A DNA stretch of 64,000 bases from positions 1 through 64,000 of IMG/VR virus record IMGVR_UViG_3300027644_000003. One strand, written 5' to 3'. Source of the DNA: a virus. Each line of letters begins with the position of its first letter. The first letter of the stretch is position 1. Below are positions 61,770 to 64,000 of this stretch, piece by piece. The notes under the pieces are model-generated. The model was not told the DNA's origin. It searched no databases and worked only from the letters and a program-made list of their open reading frames with translations. The position numbers were made by a program, and so were the translations under genes.

Positions 61770-61779
61770 GGTCTCCCCC

Positions 61780-64000
61780 TTACGCCTGTGCTTCAGTCCA
61801 CGTTAACTTAGCGGATGTCTGGGTATTGTTACCTGTTAAACGAGATACAGCAACGGTTAGAATATCTGGACCGTCTGGGAACACCGAGTCTCCACCAAGG
61901 ATAGAGTTTGAGAGCTCGAACAGTTCATCAATGTTTACGTTAGTAGCTGAGTCAGTACCGGCTGCACCTGCTGCACGGAAGTTGTAGATCTGAGTTCCAC
62001 CAGAAACAGTATCGTTACCAGTGTGAGAAATGATCTGAGTTAGAGATGGTGCAACAACTCCAGTAAAGTTAAGGTTGTTTAGACGCGGGTTAATAAGAAG
62101 TTTTACGTCTACAAGTTGAGTAGTAGATACCGCAATTTCCTTCATACGTAGCTGCATTCGGTTAATAACATCTCGATCTCCCAGCTTACCTGTCAAACCG
62201 CTAGACACCGATGGTGATAGACGAATTGATAGTAGTGGCTGGTAAGCAGCTCCAGAAGCATTGTTATACGCACCTGCTGGATAGATGTAATAGGTGAACT
62301 GGCTGTTACCTTGAGTCTGTATGTCAATTGGGAATTGACCGGCACCAGAGCCAAACAAAGCGTCTGCTTGGGTAGCGTGCAAGATCATGTTGTTTGCATC
62401 AACTGTACGTACAAAGTAAGTAAGTGCATTTTGCAAGTTTGCATAAGGATGGGCTGGATTTGAGGCTGTATTGGCCGTAGCTGGGTTGTTACTAGCAGCA
62501 CCAATTAGACCTGTACGAGTACGTCCTTCAAATACAACTGGATCTCCGGTAGCAAAACCGTGAGCAGGAATGTTGATTTGGTTAGTAGTAGTATTTATCG
62601 CTGTAGAACCAAAGGTCTTAGTGGTTGTTCCTGCAATAGCAAGAGTGTTACTATTTTGAGAGAACAGGTAAGCCTTATCATCATCAAACTTACCGTCCAT
62701 CATAACTGAGGTACCCCAGTGGAATAGGAACGGAATGTAAGTAGGTTCTGAGAAAGTTACAACTTCGTAGCGACCAGGTAAGTTACCTGAACGGAAGTAA
62801 GACTCGAGCAACTTGTTATTGTGGACATACTCGTGAACGTACTTAACTTCACCGTGGGTGTCTTTAAATCCGTAACGAATCTTTCCAGCACCGTACCAAG
62901 AGTAGTCAATGTAGGCCATCTGGATCGTACCAAGGTTAAGGTTGTAACCTGTAACTCCAGTACCATCACAAACATCGATGCTCCACTCTTCTTGAGGAGT
63001 ACGAGTGTCTACTGTCTTAGTAACAATAATACCTGATTTAGCTGGAGTAAATGAGTGAGGAGTACCTGCACCAACATCTGCAATAGCTACATTTGATACT
63101 GAATCTGGGCTCGCTGTTAGAGCAAAGTTATTATTATCAACTAAGTTAATGTAGTAGGTACGTCCATTAATAAGACCTCCAATAGGAGTTCCGTCAATAG
63201 AGTTATAAACAACTGGCAACAAGTCACTAAAACCATGGCCTACGATAGTAAAGGTATCGTTAGCAACGTTTACTACGCCAGTAGTTCCGTTACCAGGGTT
63301 AAACTCTTTTTCAGTTCCAGTAGAACCCTTATATTCTGGCTTAATAGTTAAGCGAGTATCACTGTCAATAGATGAAATTTTGTAAGATTGGCCACGTAGA
63401 ACAATGTAGTCTCCAACATCTAGTTGCGTAGTAAAGGTAGTTCCACTACCAAATACAAACTCGCTACCTTGTAGGGCGGCCACTGTTCCAGCAATCTGTT
63501 GAGTAGAAGATCTACGAACTGCCCAGATCTTTTGACCATCATATTCAAAGAACAAGCCGTTCTGGAAATCAAACATACCTGCACGTACAGCTCCGTTTGT
63601 CCAGTTTTTTACATAGAACTGTGGGAAACCGTAAGCTTGAGCCTCAACGTTTCCGGCAGCTGGCAAAGTTGTTGTTGCAAGGCAGGTAAAAATAGTAGGG
63701 CTAGTAACAGTTACTTGGAAGATACCGTTATAGAGTGTGCTTACAGCACCTGTTGAAGTTTCAGCTTGTGAAATTTCAATGTATAGGCCGTTAATCAAAC
63801 CGTGAGGTCTACGAGTAGTAGCTTCAAAGGTAGTAGAGCTAATACGCTTTAAATCTTCAAGGTCAATTGTTGGCTTAAAGTTAATACCAAACGATGTCTG
63901 CAAACCCTTACCTGACTGGTAACGGAAGTACTTACGTGTTTGACGAATAATTTGAGCAAATGAACTTCCAATACCCACAGACATTTCAACTCCACCATCA
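61780..64000 (-). CDS. Large virion structural protein (tail/baseplate); 5' end lies beyond the window
   Basis: The frame stays open past the track's Met to the window edge (DGGVEMS). [23 protein letters not shown], repeated HG..TGD.V modules. Confidence 0.8.
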   Translation of the reverse strand, partial: DGGVEMSVGIGSSFAQIIRQTRKYFRYQSGKGLQTSFGINFKPTIDLEDLKRISSTTFEATTRRPHGLINGLYIEISQAETSTGAVSTLYNGIFQVTVTSPTIFTCLATTTLPAAGNVEAQAYGFPQFYVKNWTNGAVRAGMFDFQNGLFFEYDGQKIWAVRRSSTQQIAGTVAALQGSEFVFGSGTTFTTQLDVGDYIVLRGQSYKISSIDSDTRLTIKPEYKGSTGTEKEFNPGNGTTGVVNVANDTFTIVGHGFSDLLPVVYNSIDGTPIGGLINGRTYYINLVDNNNFALTASPDSVSNVAIADVGAGTPHSFTPAKSGIIVTKTVDTRTPQEEWSIDVCDGTGVTGYNLNLGTIQMAYIDYSWYGAGKIRYGFKDTHGEVKYVHEYVHNNKLLESYFRSGNLPGRYEVVTFSEPTYIPFLFHWGTSVMMDGKFDDDKAYLFSQNSNTLAIAGTTTKTFGSTAINTTTNQINIPAHGFATGDPVVFEGRTRTGLIGAASNNPATANTASNPAHPYANLQNALTYFVRTVDANNMILHATQADALFGSGAGQFPIDIQTQGNSQFTYYIYPAGAYNNASGAAYQPLLSIRLSPSVSSGLTGKLGDRDVINRMQLRMKEIAVSTTQLVDVKLLINPRLNNLNFTGVVAPSLTQIISHTGNDTVSGGTQIYNFRAAGAAGTDSATNVNIDELFELSNSILGGDSVFPDGPDILTVAVSRLTGNNTQTSAKLTWTEAQA

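Noticed and set aside
1-64000. Alternative genetic code or stop-codon reassignment
   Set aside because: Genes tile densely under the standard code, with TAA, TAG and TGA all used as stops.

Overview
A 64 kb segment of a large contractile-tailed (myovirus-type) dsDNA phage genome. Two whiB genes, a leaderless-promoter pattern and a moderately low GC content (roughly 40-45% by eye) suggest an actinobacterial host, most plausibly a low-GC freshwater lineage (inference). Almost all genes are on the minus strand. From left to right: (1) the 5' part of a class II ribonucleotide reductase; (2) a cassette of a TGT-fold protein and a HAD-fold protein that both lack catalytic aspartates, plus a nucleotidyltransferase; (3) an array of small basic proteins; (4) the only plus-strand block (9.2-12.9 kb), holding a large Thr/Pro-rich secreted protein with a probable ATA start, membrane proteins, a CHAP endolysin and a 30-aa membrane peptide; (5) metallophosphoesterase, SpoVS, resolvase-like nucleases, dNMP kinase, Cas4-like nuclease, WhiB and RecA; (6) a replication module of PolA, SSB, SNF2 helicase, primase, a second WhiB, DnaB, a DnaC-like loader and an initiator with an internal palindrome; (7) baseplate, tape measure, tail chaperone with a probable +1 frameshift, tube and sheath; (8) six coupled Lys/Cys-rich micro-ORFs; (9) a tail-fibre region. 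The tail-fibre region is the best candidate for an undescribed system: GPT-collagen fibres, a GT2-TPR glycosyltransferase, a Cys-rich adhesin ending in a non-canonical Hint domain, and GNAT-like, 2OG-oxygenase-like and Cys-cluster accessory genes, together suggesting post-translational maturation of the fibre. No tRNA, rRNA, CRISPR array or integrase was seen. All assignments come from motif recognition by eye; no database searches were run.
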